Shown piece after piece: positions 17,979 to 27,517 of a DNA stretch of 64,000 nucleotides (its first letter is position 1; each line of letters starts with the position of its first letter). The notes beneath the pieces were generated by a model, which ran no database searches, was not told where the DNA came from, and saw only the letters and a program-made list of their open reading frames with translations. The DNA comes from a virus (Duplodnaviria; Heunggongvirae; Uroviricota; Caudoviricetes), in the IMG/VR virus record IMGVR_UViG_3300029740_000003, positions 18,145 through 82,144 of that record. One strand, written 5' to 3'. Made by a program: the position numbers and the translations under genes.

Positions 17979-20635
17979 TGTTCTTGTCCTTCCTGCGTTT
18001 CTGACGCTTGCATTGCTTTCTTCTTTTCCTCTTCACGGCGAATCTTATCGGTTGCGGTCGTGGAGATTTCCTTCAACAGGTCTGGCGGAATGATGACTTC
18101 GACGGGTACCGGCTGTTTGCTGGAATCCTTGAAGTAGGCGACGGCACCACGAATGGTCTTGTCCTTGCCGGTCTCCTTGTCCTTGATACGCAGACGCCTC
18201 ATGCCAGCCCAGTTCGGCTCATCGTTCTCCTTCGTATCACCCATGCTCATACGGGAGCGGATACGATTGCCGGAATCCTCAATCTGCAACAGTCGCAAAG
18301 CGTCACGGGCAGGAGAATCCTGAATCGGGTCGTCCAAAGCCAGCAGGAACGCTCGGCCGATACCGCCTGTCATACCAGCGTTGATGAACTCCTTGACCTT
18401 CTGGGAGGCGAACACCGGAGTGAAACGGCGGGAACGTGCGGTACGCATCCACTCGTTCACCTTGGCGGCACCCTTGTCCTCGCCTAGGATTGCCCAAGCC
18501 TCATCGATGCCGACCATTCCGTCTCGTTCGCTTACTGCGGCACCCGCGCCGAACACAATCATACGAAGCACCCAACGTTGGATACGTCCTGTAACGGTGT
18601 TCTCGGCTCCCTGTTCCGGAATCATGGAACGGTTTCCAGCGTTGATAAGGGTAAGGTTCTGACTGACACGCAAAGGGGTCACGTTATCGTTCGTACCGAA
18701 GATAAGACGCAACGACTGGTTCGTATTGACGCTCATCGTAATCAGTTTGAACACGTCCAACGTGTCCGGATACAAGTTGTATTGCGAAGGGTCTTTCCCC
18801 GCTTGCTGGAGAGCACGGAAGTCGGTAGCCGCCTTGTACAGGATTGTCCCGCAACAGCGGCCACCCTTCTTGTAACCGTAATCCAGCATGGCCTTAACGG
18901 TAAGCTCATAGGAGGTATCGCCGTCAGGTTTCAGAATATCGGAAATCATGATAGCGGCCATATCCTTGGCCTCTTCCTCGCTTCGGAGCACATTGTACGG
19001 GTCGAATGTTCCGTCAGCGATGTCGGAATCCATTCGGAGCACTGTTCCGTTACGGGACAGGACGGCATCCTCGAAGTCGTTGCCTTCCTTCGGGTTGACG
19101 AGAATACAAGGCGTTTTGCCCTTGCCGCTACGGGAGTCAATCAGCATCCACTGGAGGAACAGGCTCACCAACAGCATGGACTTTCCGGAACCGGTTTCAC
19201 CGATGACCAGAATGCCCGGTCGGGTATCCTTATCCTGCACGGTGGTAGTGCCCACGTAAACGGGTTGCCGGTTCGCTTCGGTCAATCCGACCAGTGCTCC
19301 AGTATCATCACCGGCCTTGGCGAAACTACTCACGCCGCCACCAGCCACGCAGGTCGCAGACCAGTGAATCTCATACGGTGTCATACGCACCGGAGAACAC
19401 GCCTGCATGCTTTTGAACGCCATCAACTGTTCGTTGGCCGTGGTCAGATTCGTGAACTCGAAATTCTGGATGTTCTGCAACGAGTCCACGGCAATCTGAG
19501 CGTTACCTGCCACACAGGTGGCGACACTCAAATCGATGATGCTCGGCGGCATTTCGGGAGAATTGTAAATGGCCTTCTTATAGTCCAGACGATATTTCAA
19601 ATCGGTCATATCGGCGGAAGCCTCACGGCCATGCTGATAACGTTCCTTGATGTTCTCGTCAATCGTGCGGGCGTTACGGCGAATCGTGTCAGCCGTCACC
19701 TTGCCGGGTTCGACCTTGCCGCGAATGGACGTTCCGACGGCGTTCGCGCCACCCGCCGTAGCGACTTCCATCAGTTTCGCAATCCACAGGTTGGACGGGT
19801 CGGTGATGTCCGATTGTGCGAACTGGGTTGTTCGGGCGAAGCAGATGGACGCCGGATACTCGCTGTCGATGTTCCACTGGTCGCAATCGATTCCCTCATC
19901 GTATAGTCGTTTCGCGTTCTGGCAGACCTTACTGTTCGGGAAGAAATGCAGGTGGTCGTTCTCGGCAATGATGGGAAGGGCGGACGCGGACGCTCGACTC
20001 ACCCACCAAGTCTCCATCATCGCAACCATCTGCTCGCGTTCGCTTTCCTCCATGATGGTGAACGGGATAAGACCGGCGTTCAACATGATGCGTTCGATAC
20101 GATGCGCGTCCGGCAGATACTCCTCAAACATGGCGTAACCGTTCGCCATGGAGAAGCTAAGCTGATTGAACTTCGTGGTGACTTTCCGAAGAAGCGACTG
20201 TTTACGGCCTTTCCTACCGGCTTCGCCACCCAGTTTCAACGGGACTCCGATGACAGCGAACTGCTTGCACACGTTCAGATTACGGTAATAGTAAGCCTGA
20301 TAGCTTTTCAAATCATCCTGTTGCATTACCGGCGGACGGTAGGGGATAGGCATGGAACCCGTAAGCAGATGGAATTCACGGTATTCGCTTTTCAGCAAAT
20401 CCCTGTAGCGCATGCCCGCCACGCTGACCTCACCGGCCAGCCCGTCGAAGAAAGCCATGAAGCTTTGCTCGGCTTCCTTCCTTTTGGAGTCGCCCGCACC
20501 ATCCAATAGTGCGCTCGTCCAAGGAATCTTCGCATACAGCCATACCGTTCTGTCCGGTGTCGCCGCTCGGAGCAGACCGTATTCGCTACCGGGGCTGATG
20601 AAGCTTTCCGGACGATAGAAACCGTCTCTTGCCAT
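17975..20635 (-). CDS. VirB4/TrsE/TcpF-family conjugative transfer ATPase
   Basis: 886 aa; Walker A GETGSGKSMLL, Walker B VGIDEAWAIL; size and architecture typical of VirB4. Confidence 0.7.
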   Translation of the reverse strand: MARDGFYRPESFISPGSEYGLLRAATPDRTVWLYAKIPWTSALLDGAGDSKRKEAEQSFMAFFDGLAGEVSVAGMRYRDLLKSEYREFHLLTGSMPIPYRPPVMQQDDLKSYQAYYYRNLNVCKQFAVIGVPLKLGGEAGRKGRKQSLLRKVTTKFNQLSFSMANGYAMFEEYLPDAHRIERIMLNAGLIPFTIMEESEREQMVAMMETWWVSRASASALPIIAENDHLHFFPNSKVCQNAKRLYDEGIDCDQWNIDSEYPASICFARTTQFAQSDITDPSNLWIAKLMEVATAGGANAVGTSIRGKVEPGKVTADTIRRNARTIDENIKERYQHGREASADMTDLKYRLDYKKAIYNSPEMPPSIIDLSVATCVAGNAQIAVDSLQNIQNFEFTNLTTANEQLMAFKSMQACSPVRMTPYEIHWSATCVAGGGVSSFAKAGDDTGALVGLTEANRQPVYVGTTTVQDKDTRPGILVIGETGSGKSMLLVSLFLQWMLIDSRSGKGKTPCILVNPKEGNDFEDAVLSRNGTVLRMDSDIADGTFDPYNVLRSEEEAKDMAAIMISDILKPDGDTSYELTVKAMLDYGYKKGGRCCGTILYKAATDFRALQQAGKDPSQYNLYPDTLDVFKLITMSVNTNQSLRLIFGTNDNVTPLRVSQNLTLINAGNRSMIPEQGAENTVTGRIQRWVLRMIVFGAGAAVSERDGMVGIDEAWAILGEDKGAAKVNEWMRTARSRRFTPVFASQKVKEFINAGMTGGIGRAFLLALDDPIQDSPARDALRLLQIEDSGNRIRSRMSMGDTKENDEPNWAGMRRLRIKDKETGKDKTIRGAVAYFKDSSKQPVPVEVIIPPDLLKEISTTATDKIRREEEKKKAMQASETQEGQEQ

Positions 20636-20721
20636 TTCGGGTCAACCACTTTCGATTCTGTGGAATCTTTCCTGTATCACTGGTTTCGACTCTAATGGTT
20701 TCGACTGTTGTCAACCTTCGG

Positions 20722-20770
20722 AAAACGGAAAAATCCCTCCCCCAACGGATATTCCAATAGGGGAGGGATT
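20722..20770 (-). terminator. rho-independent terminator after the 125-aa gene
   Basis: atccctcccc ... ggggagggat 10-bp stem; on the minus strand followed by TTTTTCCGTTTTCC. Confidence 0.5.
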
Positions 20771-20788
20771 CAGAATCGGCGGATTGAA

Positions 20789-21166
20789 TCAGTCGTTCAG
20801 ACCGAAGTATTCCATCGGGTCGAAATCGGCGCTCATGTATTTTCCGGGATTGTCGTCTTCGACCGGCTTGGCCGGTTTGAATGGCTTGTCGATAGGTTTC
20901 TCACCTTTCTGCTTCAATCCGGAATAAGCCAACTGTCTCACGGACTTATCCGAATCGTGGGACAGTTTCTTCAACGTTTCAACGGACGTGTTCGAGTTCG
21001 TCGCGATAGCACGCTTCACATGGGGACTCCACTGGTCGGACATATAGTCCAATGTTTCCGTCGAAGTATTCGGATTACCGGCGACGTTGATGCGGGTCTG
21101 AGTCCAACCGTCATCGGCCAGAACGTTCAATGTTTCCGGCGAGGCATGGGGAGTCAACGACCGCAA
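20789..21166 (-). CDS. hypothetical repeat protein (NPNTSTETL / NSNTSVETL units)
   Basis: 125 aa; two helical repeat units reminiscent of LRV/HEAT-like repeats. Confidence 0.4.
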   Translation of the reverse strand: MRSLTPHASPETLNVLADDGWTQTRINVAGNPNTSTETLDYMSDQWSPHVKRAIATNSNTSVETLKKLSHDSDKSVRQLAYSGLKQKGEKPIDKPFKPAKPVEDDNPGKYMSADFDPMEYFGLND

Positions 21167-21169
21167 TGA

Positions 21170-21400
21170 CGAGCATTGCGGCTTGTCCCTGTCCGGTAGT
21201 GCCAGTGAACGGCTGTAACCGTTCTCCTACCTTTAATTGACGGAACATCATAGGGTGGTTGACTGCACCCTTACGCCGTCAGTCATGCTGGCGGCGTACT
21301 GCGAGTTCAAAAGGTCGTAGCCTTTGTGTCGCAGGTTCATCGCGGCTATCCGGTCGTCGTTGGACTGGTATCCGCAGTTGCGGCAGACATACAGGTGGCG
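21170..21400 (-). ncRNA. putative omega RNA (TnpB guide RNA) overlapping the tnpB 3' end and IS right end
   Basis: inferred from where omega RNAs lie in TnpB systems; a hairpin lies just downstream of the tnpB stop; no direct structure or sequence match done. Confidence 0.25.
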
Positions 21401-22459
21401 TTTCTTGTCACGGTTGGCTTTGCGGATTTTCCCGCATTTCGGGCAGGTCTGGCTTGTGTAGGCCGGGTCAACGAACACGACTTTCTGACCGTTGCGTTTC
21501 GCCTTGTATTCGACCATCTGCCGGAATTGGTGGAAACTCCAACTGACCTGAACATACCTGTCCTTGACCTTGACCTGTTCGGTCGCATTGCGGATTCCCG
21601 TAAGGTCTTCGAGAACGAACATCGTATCCCTGTCGTAATGGTTGACGAGTGCCTTAGACGCCTGATGGTTCACATCAGTCATCCAACGGTTTTCTCTGTC
21701 GCCTATGGTCTTGAGTCGTCTGCGGGAGCTTCGGGTGCCGCGTTTCTGCAACTGTTGACGGAGCCGCTTGTATTTGCCGCGCTTGCTTTTCACCTCCCCT
21801 CCATGTTGGAAGACGGTGGTTTCGCCGTCATAACTGGTGGCGAGCATTCGGATGCCCAAGTCCACGCCCACTATGTTTTTGGGGCTTGGGGTTGGGTCGG
21901 GAACCTGTAGGATGATGGGAATATGCAGGTACCATTTGCCTTGTTTCGATATCAGTCGGGCGGTACCGAAACGTGCCGTACGGTATTCGTCCGGGATTCC
22001 CTTCCATTGGGCTTTCACTTTGATTCTCCCGTCCATGACGGGAAGGCTGAACATTCCGGTCATGGACGAATAGGAGTAGTCGCGGTTCCACAGCAGGTCA
22101 ACACCGGCGGACGAGTACTTTGGTCTGGTGGAATAGTATGCCGTCCTCTTCCTCTTGGGGTTTTCTCCGTTCCGGCGTTCCATGCGCGAGTGAATTGCCT
22201 TGTAGGACGCGATGACCCGCCGTATCGAAGATTGGGTCATCTGGGCTAACAGTCCGTATTTGTCGCGTAGCGGGTGATAGACAGCCTCGTTGATTTTCCT
22301 CTGGCTGAGGGTGTGGTGTTCTCCAATCCAATCGGATACTTCGTTGCAACAGGAGGTGTAATTGTCACATAGGCGGTTGAGGGCTTCAGACTCGTGTTTG
22401 TTGGTCGTGAGCTTGACTTTCATGGTCAATGCGAGTTCCACCATATGCTTCACCTCCAA
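21248..22459 (-). CDS. tnpB: TnpB (IS605 OrfB) RNA-guided RuvC-like endonuclease
   Basis: 403 aa; RuvC-I VGVDLGI, RuvC-II FVLEDLTGI, zinc finger CPKCG...CRNCG, RuvC-III NDDRIAAMNL. Confidence 0.8.
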   Translation of the reverse strand: MEVKHMVELALTMKVKLTTNKHESEALNRLCDNYTSCCNEVSDWIGEHHTLSQRKINEAVYHPLRDKYGLLAQMTQSSIRRVIASYKAIHSRMERRNGENPKRKRTAYYSTRPKYSSAGVDLLWNRDYSYSSMTGMFSLPVMDGRIKVKAQWKGIPDEYRTARFGTARLISKQGKWYLHIPIILQVPDPTPSPKNIVGVDLGIRMLATSYDGETTVFQHGGEVKSKRGKYKRLRQQLQKRGTRSSRRRLKTIGDRENRWMTDVNHQASKALVNHYDRDTMFVLEDLTGIRNATEQVKVKDRYVQVSWSFHQFRQMVEYKAKRNGQKVVFVDPAYTSQTCPKCGKIRKANRDKKRHLYVCRNCGYQSNDDRIAAMNLRHKGYDLLNSQYAASMTDGVRVQSTTL

Positions 22460-22688
22460 TAAAAAACATTATATCATAATGTTAGTGGAAAGGAAAGGCA
22501 TTCACCCACAACCACAAGGGTCGTGGCACCCTGCCTAAAAATTATGGGCGTCGTATCCGTGCCCGTAGTATTTTCTAACGAACGTCGCTTTTCGCATTAT
22601 TGCCCCTCTTGTGAATGGTGGGGCGTGTCTGTCATGGCACGCCCCTTTGCGTTTTGACGGGTATTGCGCCGTGGGAAACCGTATGTTT

Positions 22689-23012
22689 TTAAGCTTCTAC
22701 CAGCTCCCACCGGTCTCCAGCCTCTTCGTCGAATTCGCCTAATCGGAAACCATATGCGGCAAGCCTCCTGTCCGCCGTGGCCTCCCATTCGTCCTCGTCA
22801 TCGCCGTATACATCTTCGACCCTCTCGGCATCGGAGTAGGAGTCGGCGCGTCCCAAGTTGATAAGCCATTGGGAGGAGTCAGCCCCCATCCAGATGCCAT
22901 TGCCGGTGATGGCATCGACGATAAGAAGCGTGTCGAATGCATCGCTCCCGTAGACGGCTATCGGCTGAACAGTGACGGTCTCGTTGGTGTTGATGTCAAG
23001 TGCGGTAAACAT
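22689..23012 (-). CDS. hypothetical protein
   Basis: start moved to ATG 23012 (MFTALDINT...) so that the conserved motif at 23039-23060 lies upstream. Confidence 0.4.
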   Translation of the reverse strand: MFTALDINTNETVTVQPIAVYGSDAFDTLLIVDAITGNGIWMGADSSQWLINLGRADSYSDAERVEDVYGDDEDEWEATADRRLAAYGFRLGEFDEEAGDRWELVEA

Positions 23013-23038
23013 TTCGGCTTTGTCTTTTCTTGTGTTTT

Positions 23039-23060
23039 TGTGTGAACAATTCCAGTATAC
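23039..23060 (-). promoter_or_regulatory. copy of recurrent promoter/operator motif (minus strand GTATACTGGAATTGTTCACACA)
   Basis: 22/22-mer shared with 24049-24071 and 24986-25008, each about 30 nt upstream of a minus-strand start. Confidence 0.5.
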
Positions 23061-23133
23061 ATCATGTTGGGGCACGACACGCCAAACAAAAAGCGCCCCA
23101 CCCACCCAAGGGAGAGGCGCTAAAACCCGACGG

Positions 23134-23520
23134 TCAGAACTCATGCTCGCAATCGGAATCGAGATACCATTTGTCCCCGTAACCCCAAAGAACACGACGG
23201 ATGGTCGCAGGGTCGTTCAACTCCACGAACTTGGACGCCAGTTCATCCACCGACATGGCGGAAAAAGCCTTGCCAACGGAAGCATAGAATTCATCCCATT
23301 CCGCCTGTTCGGCGTCGGAATCGACCAGCTCACGGAACCGTCCGGCAAGCTTCTCGTCCGGTAGGGAGGCTTCCGCAAAATTCGTGTCCTCTATGTCCAG
23401 CCAAGTGTTGAAACACTTGTCGGCCAACGCTTCAACCGGAATGGTGAGGATGCTGGAATACGTGCCCTTCCAAGCGTTTTTCTTGAAGAAGCTAACGTCT
23501 CGTGCCTTCATTTTTCTCAC
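23134..23520 (-). CDS. hypothetical protein
   Basis: 128 aa ORF 4 nt downstream of the preceding gene. Confidence 0.45.
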   Translation of the reverse strand: MRKMKARDVSFFKKNAWKGTYSSILTIPVEALADKCFNTWLDIEDTNFAEASLPDEKLAGRFRELVDSDAEQAEWDEFYASVGKAFSAMSVDELASKFVELNDPATIRRVLWGYGDKWYLDSDCEHEF

Positions 23521-23523
23521 TTC

Positions 23524-24018
23524 CTATTCTTCGTCACTGTCCGCCTGACGGAGCGGAACGATACGGTTCCACTGTTCCTCATACTTGTCCTCCACATCCT
23601 TGGGACCATTGTCCAGCAGTTCGTTCAACGTGGCTCGTCCTACGTCGCTGAGACGGCTGATATTGCGGAGGATGTTCGCCACGTCGTCGGCTTCGTATAA
23701 TTTGTTGCGATTGTCCAAAAGTTCCTGATATCGCGAGTCGGAGAGGTTCCAAAGATAGTCTTCCAGCAGTTTCCAGTCCTCCTTTTCGGCAGAGGGTACT
23801 GGAATCGGCTTGGTGAGCCGCCAATCTTCGAGAATGTCCGCCCAAAGGTCGGTCTTGACATTGTATTCGCCAAGGTCTTCCTCGTGGGTGAGTTTTTCGA
23901 TTCGCTGTTCTTCGCCATCCTCGTCCAAGTAGTCTATTGTGAGATATTCCCTATCCACTGACAAGGTGGAGAGTTCGCGTAGTTTGGTGATTTTGAGGTT
24001 GACGATTGTGTTAATCAT
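23524..24018 (-). CDS. hypothetical acidic protein
   Basis: start set at ATG 24018 (MINTIV...) with RBS AAGGAGG 7 nt upstream; the tool's TTG start at 24060 would include the promoter motif. Confidence 0.5.
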   Translation of the reverse strand: MINTIVNLKITKLRELSTLSVDREYLTIDYLDEDGEEQRIEKLTHEEDLGEYNVKTDLWADILEDWRLTKPIPVPSAEKEDWKLLEDYLWNLSDSRYQELLDNRNKLYEADDVANILRNISRLSDVGRATLNELLDNGPKDVEDKYEEQWNRIVPLRQADSDEE

Positions 24019-24048
24019 TTTTTGTTCCTCCTTGTTGGAATCTATTTT

Positions 24049-24071
24049 TTGTGTGAACAATCCCAGTATAC
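24049..24071 (-). promoter_or_regulatory. copy of recurrent promoter/operator motif (minus strand GGTATACTGGGATTGTTCACACAA, with TGnTATACT extended -10)
   Basis: ATGGTATACT gives TG one base before the TATACT hexamer. Confidence 0.5.
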
Positions 24072-24132
24072 CATGTTTGTTGTGAAAAACAAAAACAGCC
24101 CACTCCCCAAAGCAAGGAAGCGGGCTGAAAAG

Positions 24133-24957
24133 TCAGGCATTCAGCAAAGCGTGGGACGAAACACCCATTTCAGACAAACCCAAACCCACATTGTTCGCGT
24201 CACTCACACCACGGGCAAAACCATCCTTGCTACCACGAGCAGTGGCCGCATGACCCGACACCAGCTCAAGCTTGTCAAAATACTCGTTCAGACGCTGACT
24301 CTTACATGACACCAGCTCACGACCGGAAGGAATGGCGAGACTCTGCTTGCGAAGCTCCTCGAAACGTTCGCTCAAACGTTCGTTGAATCCACCGCGATAA
24401 CCATAGTAGAACTTGGCGCGTGGATAATCACGACGCATGTACTGTTTGCATTCCGTCAGCGTCGGATAGGATTCACGTCCGTAATGCGTTTCGACGTATT
24501 CCTTGTTGTCCTCATAGTACGCTTTGGCGTGCTTGTCAATCATGTCCGCGTAGCTAGTACGGGCGTGGACTGAGCAGTATAGGTCGATGCTTTGGAAGAG
24601 AAGGACTGCGGCGTTCACATCGTCCTCCTCGCCTACGAACATGACGGCACGTTCCTCAATCCTTCCGCCACACCGGCTTTCGTGAAGGTAGGCGCGGCAT
24701 TCGTTAGCTTGGGCGATGATGGTCGCAAGGTAGCCTTGCTGATGGTAGATGGTGGTTTTGCTTACGTTCACGCCACGTTCGATGATTGGCTTGTTCGTGC
24801 GGGTGCGGTCGCGTTTCCAGTCTTCGATACGATATTCGTTAATGAGTTTCTGTGCCCGCTCGAACGCCATTTGCGCCTCATTGTCGCTGGATGCTTCGTT
24901 TTCGGCTATTGCCATGAGGTTGTTGATGCGTTCGATGATGCTGTCGATGTTGCTCAT
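24133..24957 (-). CDS. hypothetical protein with DUF2786-like N-terminus
   Basis: 274 aa; N-terminal IDSIIERINNLMAIAENEASSDNEAQMAFERAQKLI helical motif. Confidence 0.4.
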   Translation of the reverse strand: MSNIDSIIERINNLMAIAENEASSDNEAQMAFERAQKLINEYRIEDWKRDRTRTNKPIIERGVNVSKTTIYHQQGYLATIIAQANECRAYLHESRCGGRIEERAVMFVGEEDDVNAAVLLFQSIDLYCSVHARTSYADMIDKHAKAYYEDNKEYVETHYGRESYPTLTECKQYMRRDYPRAKFYYGYRGGFNERLSERFEELRKQSLAIPSGRELVSCKSQRLNEYFDKLELVSGHAATARGSKDGFARGVSDANNVGLGLSEMGVSSHALLNA

Positions 24958-24985
24958 TTTTTGCTCCTTGGTTTTTCGACTTTTC

Positions 24986-25008
24986 CTGTGTAAACAATTC
25001 CAGTATAC
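24986..25008 (-). promoter_or_regulatory. copy of recurrent promoter/operator motif (minus strand GTATACTGGAATTGTTTACACAG)
   Basis: upstream of the 24957 start. Confidence 0.5.
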
Positions 25009-25244
25009 CTCAAGTATGAAAACAACACAAAAAAGAGGAACGGAAACCGAAACGGGAACCGTCCCTCAATGCCTTTTAGAAAAGTGACCTTATCTCAAAC
25101 AAGAATCTATTTTAAACCACTTCCGTTTAGGTCGTCAACCTCTACTCTCGACAAAGCTCGCCCATTATCGAACTTAACCTCTTGGTACATGCTTTTTTAA
25201 AGTATTATACTTATTATAATTATTATAAAATCAAGGAAACAGAC

Positions 25245-26402
25245 ATGACCAACCCATTCAAACCAACCGCCGGACGTATCCCACCGATACTCGTCGGACG
25301 AGAAGAAATCATCGAAGACTTCGACTATGCGCTGAAAGACGGTGTGGGAAGCCCCGGACGGCTGATGTTCCTCACAGGAGCCAGAGGAGTCGGCAAAACA
25401 GTCATGCTGGACACACTGGGAGAGCACGCCCAAAAACAAGGTTGGCAAATCTACAACGAAAGCGCCGACAAAGGCTTCACCCGAAGACTCGTGGACGCGC
25501 TCACCGGCAAGGACACCACCCGCATATCCGCATACGACATGCCCAAAGTAGGATTGAAAGGGGACGTCGGGAATCTTGAACTGAGCTTAGGGAGAATCGA
25601 ACTCGAACATAATGAGGAACGTTCCCTGACACTCCGCCAAGCGGTCGGAAAACGATTGGACAAAATGAACGAGACCAAACAAGGAATCCTCATCACATTG
25701 GATGAGGTGCAGTCCGGTTCCATGGACGAAATCAGAGCACTGTCCACCGCAGTGCAGCATCTCATCCGGGAAGGACGGAACATCGCGTTCGTTTTCGCCG
25801 GACTGCCGTCCGCAGTGAACGACGTGCTGTCCGACAATGCCATCACTTTCCTGCAACGGGCGGAACGATACCATTTGGGGTCTGTCCCCACGGAAAAGGT
25901 ATTGAAGGCGTTCGAGGAATCCTTCAGCGGCGAGAAGAAAGCCGGAATGGAAACGCTGATACGGTTGACCAACGCCACTCACGGTTATCCGTTCATGATT
26001 CAGCTGGTGGGCTATTGGGCTTGGCGGATGTCCGAAACCAACGGTCATGTGAATCAAGTGACCGAGGAGGACGCGGTCAAGGGTATCGAAAAAGCCCAAG
26101 CCAAACTAGGGGATATGGTTCACGCCCCAGCATTGCATGGCTTGCCATCCCATGCGGTGAACTATCTACTTGCCATGTCGGTGGATGATACGGTGTCGAA
26201 TACAGGTGAAATCGCCCGTCGGTTGAACCGTTCGCCACAGTTCGCCAACGTGTATAGAACCAAGCTGATTGAGAACGATTTGATTGAGCCGGTCGGTTAC
26301 GGTGAAGTCGCTTTCAAAATGCCGTATTTGCGGGATTACTTGCGTGAGCATGGGGCTTATTTGCAGATGCGGGAGAATATCAGCGAACGCTCGGAGAACT
26401 AG
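25245..26402 (+). CDS. AAA-family ATPase with C-terminal winged-helix domain (ORC/Cdc6-like / archaeal-ATPase-like)
   Basis: Walker A LTGARGVGKTVML, Walker B ILITLDEVQ; C-terminal HTH-like NYLLAMSVDDTVSNTGEIARRLNRS; start ATG 25245 preceded by an unusually AT-rich 60-nt promoter region. Confidence 0.6.
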   Translation: MTNPFKPTAGRIPPILVGREEIIEDFDYALKDGVGSPGRLMFLTGARGVGKTVMLDTLGEHAQKQGWQIYNESADKGFTRRLVDALTGKDTTRISAYDMPKVGLKGDVGNLELSLGRIELEHNEERSLTLRQAVGKRLDKMNETKQGILITLDEVQSGSMDEIRALSTAVQHLIREGRNIAFVFAGLPSAVNDVLSDNAITFLQRAERYHLGSVPTEKVLKAFEESFSGEKKAGMETLIRLTNATHGYPFMIQLVGYWAWRMSETNGHVNQVTEEDAVKGIEKAQAKLGDMVHAPALHGLPSHAVNYLLAMSVDDTVSNTGEIARRLNRSPQFANVYRTKLIENDLIEPVGYGEVAFKMPYLRDYLREHGAYLQMRENISERSEN

Positions 26403-26509
26403 GTTTTGTTGTTCTGGGCGGTTTAGCATGGACAAGCTGGAAGAATTCAATCCCGACACCATGTGACATTTACTGAAAAAGCCCCTCAGTCGAGGGGCTT
26501 TTCTTTTTG

Positions 26510-27517
26510 CTATCCCTTGTGCGTTTTCTCATACCATTCCACGAATCCCAGCATGGCTTGCTGGAATGATGGTTTGAATTCGCCGTTTACGGGAATGTTT
26601 CGGTTGAGTGGCGTGGTCTTATAGTTTTCCGGTAAGGGTGTGGCGCACCATTCGGGTGGTATCCGGTCGGTGAATGGTTCCTCGCAATCGTCGCTGAACA
26701 TGAGTCCTACCGGCTTGCCGTTGAGGAGGATTGTTGCGTGGGGGCTGATTTGTCCTTTCGCCAACCGGTATTCTCCTCTTGTCGTGTGTATTGGATAGTG
26801 GAAGGTTTCAGGTAGTCCTCCCCGCCGGTATTCGTCGCGTAATAGTCGAATCGGATTATAGTAGCGTTCCAATGCGGGGTATGCCCATTCGCATCCGCTC
26901 CAACAGTCGCGTACCCTGTCCATTCCGTCCCAGTTTTCTTTCGGATTGGGTTGGATGCTGAGTTTGCGGTATCGGTCGGTTTGACACCAGCGGGCGGGAT
27001 TGTTCAGGGCATAGTTCGGCGTGGTTTGTTCGGCTAACCGTATGAGAGTGCTGAGGGTGCATGAAGCATAATGTTGCTTGTCGTATCGTGCGACAAGCCG
27101 ATACGGGTCGGCATCATCCTTGTTAAACACAGGCTTCAACACGCGTAAATGTTCCTCCGTTACGGGAATATCAAGGTCGGCTGGTAAACCCAACACTTCC
27201 ATCCAACCTCCAAGCCTGTTCGTATCCCACTTGTAATCCTTGCAGTATTGCGCTTGCAACAGCCAAACCATCCAACGGCGCACATTCCGCATCAGTACGG
27301 GATGGGACGCGAATTCGAGAGGACGCCCCAGCATGTCATGATTCACATTATCCGGCGTGGTAATACTGGTTCGATTACCGTACTCGTCCACTGCCGTCAC
27401 GACGATATTGTGTCCGGCGTCCACAGCCTTGAACATGTCGCTGATGTTGTCTTCCACGAACGTGGGCGGAATGAGACGCGACTGGACTTGACCATTAATC
27501 GGCACGGAGAGCATCAT
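26510..27517 (-). CDS. hypothetical protein (downstream of the DGR RT, same strand)
   Basis: 335 aa ORF overlapping the upstream gene by 4 nt. Confidence 0.5.
   Translation of the reverse strand: MMLSVPINGQVQSRLIPPTFVEDNISDMFKAVDAGHNIVVTAVDEYGNRTSITTPDNVNHDMLGRPLEFASHPVLMRNVRRWMVWLLQAQYCKDYKWDTNRLGGWMEVLGLPADLDIPVTEEHLRVLKPVFNKDDADPYRLVARYDKQHYASCTLSTLIRLAEQTTPNYALNNPARWCQTDRYRKLSIQPNPKENWDGMDRVRDCWSGCEWAYPALERYYNPIRLLRDEYRRGGLPETFHYPIHTTRGEYRLAKGQISPHATILLNGKPVGLMFSDDCEEPFTDRIPPEWCATPLPENYKTTPLNRNIPVNGEFKPSFQQAMLGFVEWYEKTHKG

Larger units (their letters stand above)
21170..22660 (-). mobile_element. IS200/IS605-family (IS1341-type) TnpB-only insertion sequence
   Basis: tnpB alone, no tnpA; GC hairpin GGGGCGTG-N10-CACGCCCC at 22621-22650 in the left end; right-end hairpin GAACGG-CTGTAA-CCGTTC about 21200-21220; boundaries approximate. 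Confidence 0.5.

Noticed and set aside
23134-23195. Overlap between ORF 22689-23195 and ORF 23134-23520 on the minus strand
   Set aside because: The overlap disappears if the downstream gene starts at ATG 23012, which also places the conserved promoter motif (23039-23060) upstream. The long N-terminal extension is probably not translated.
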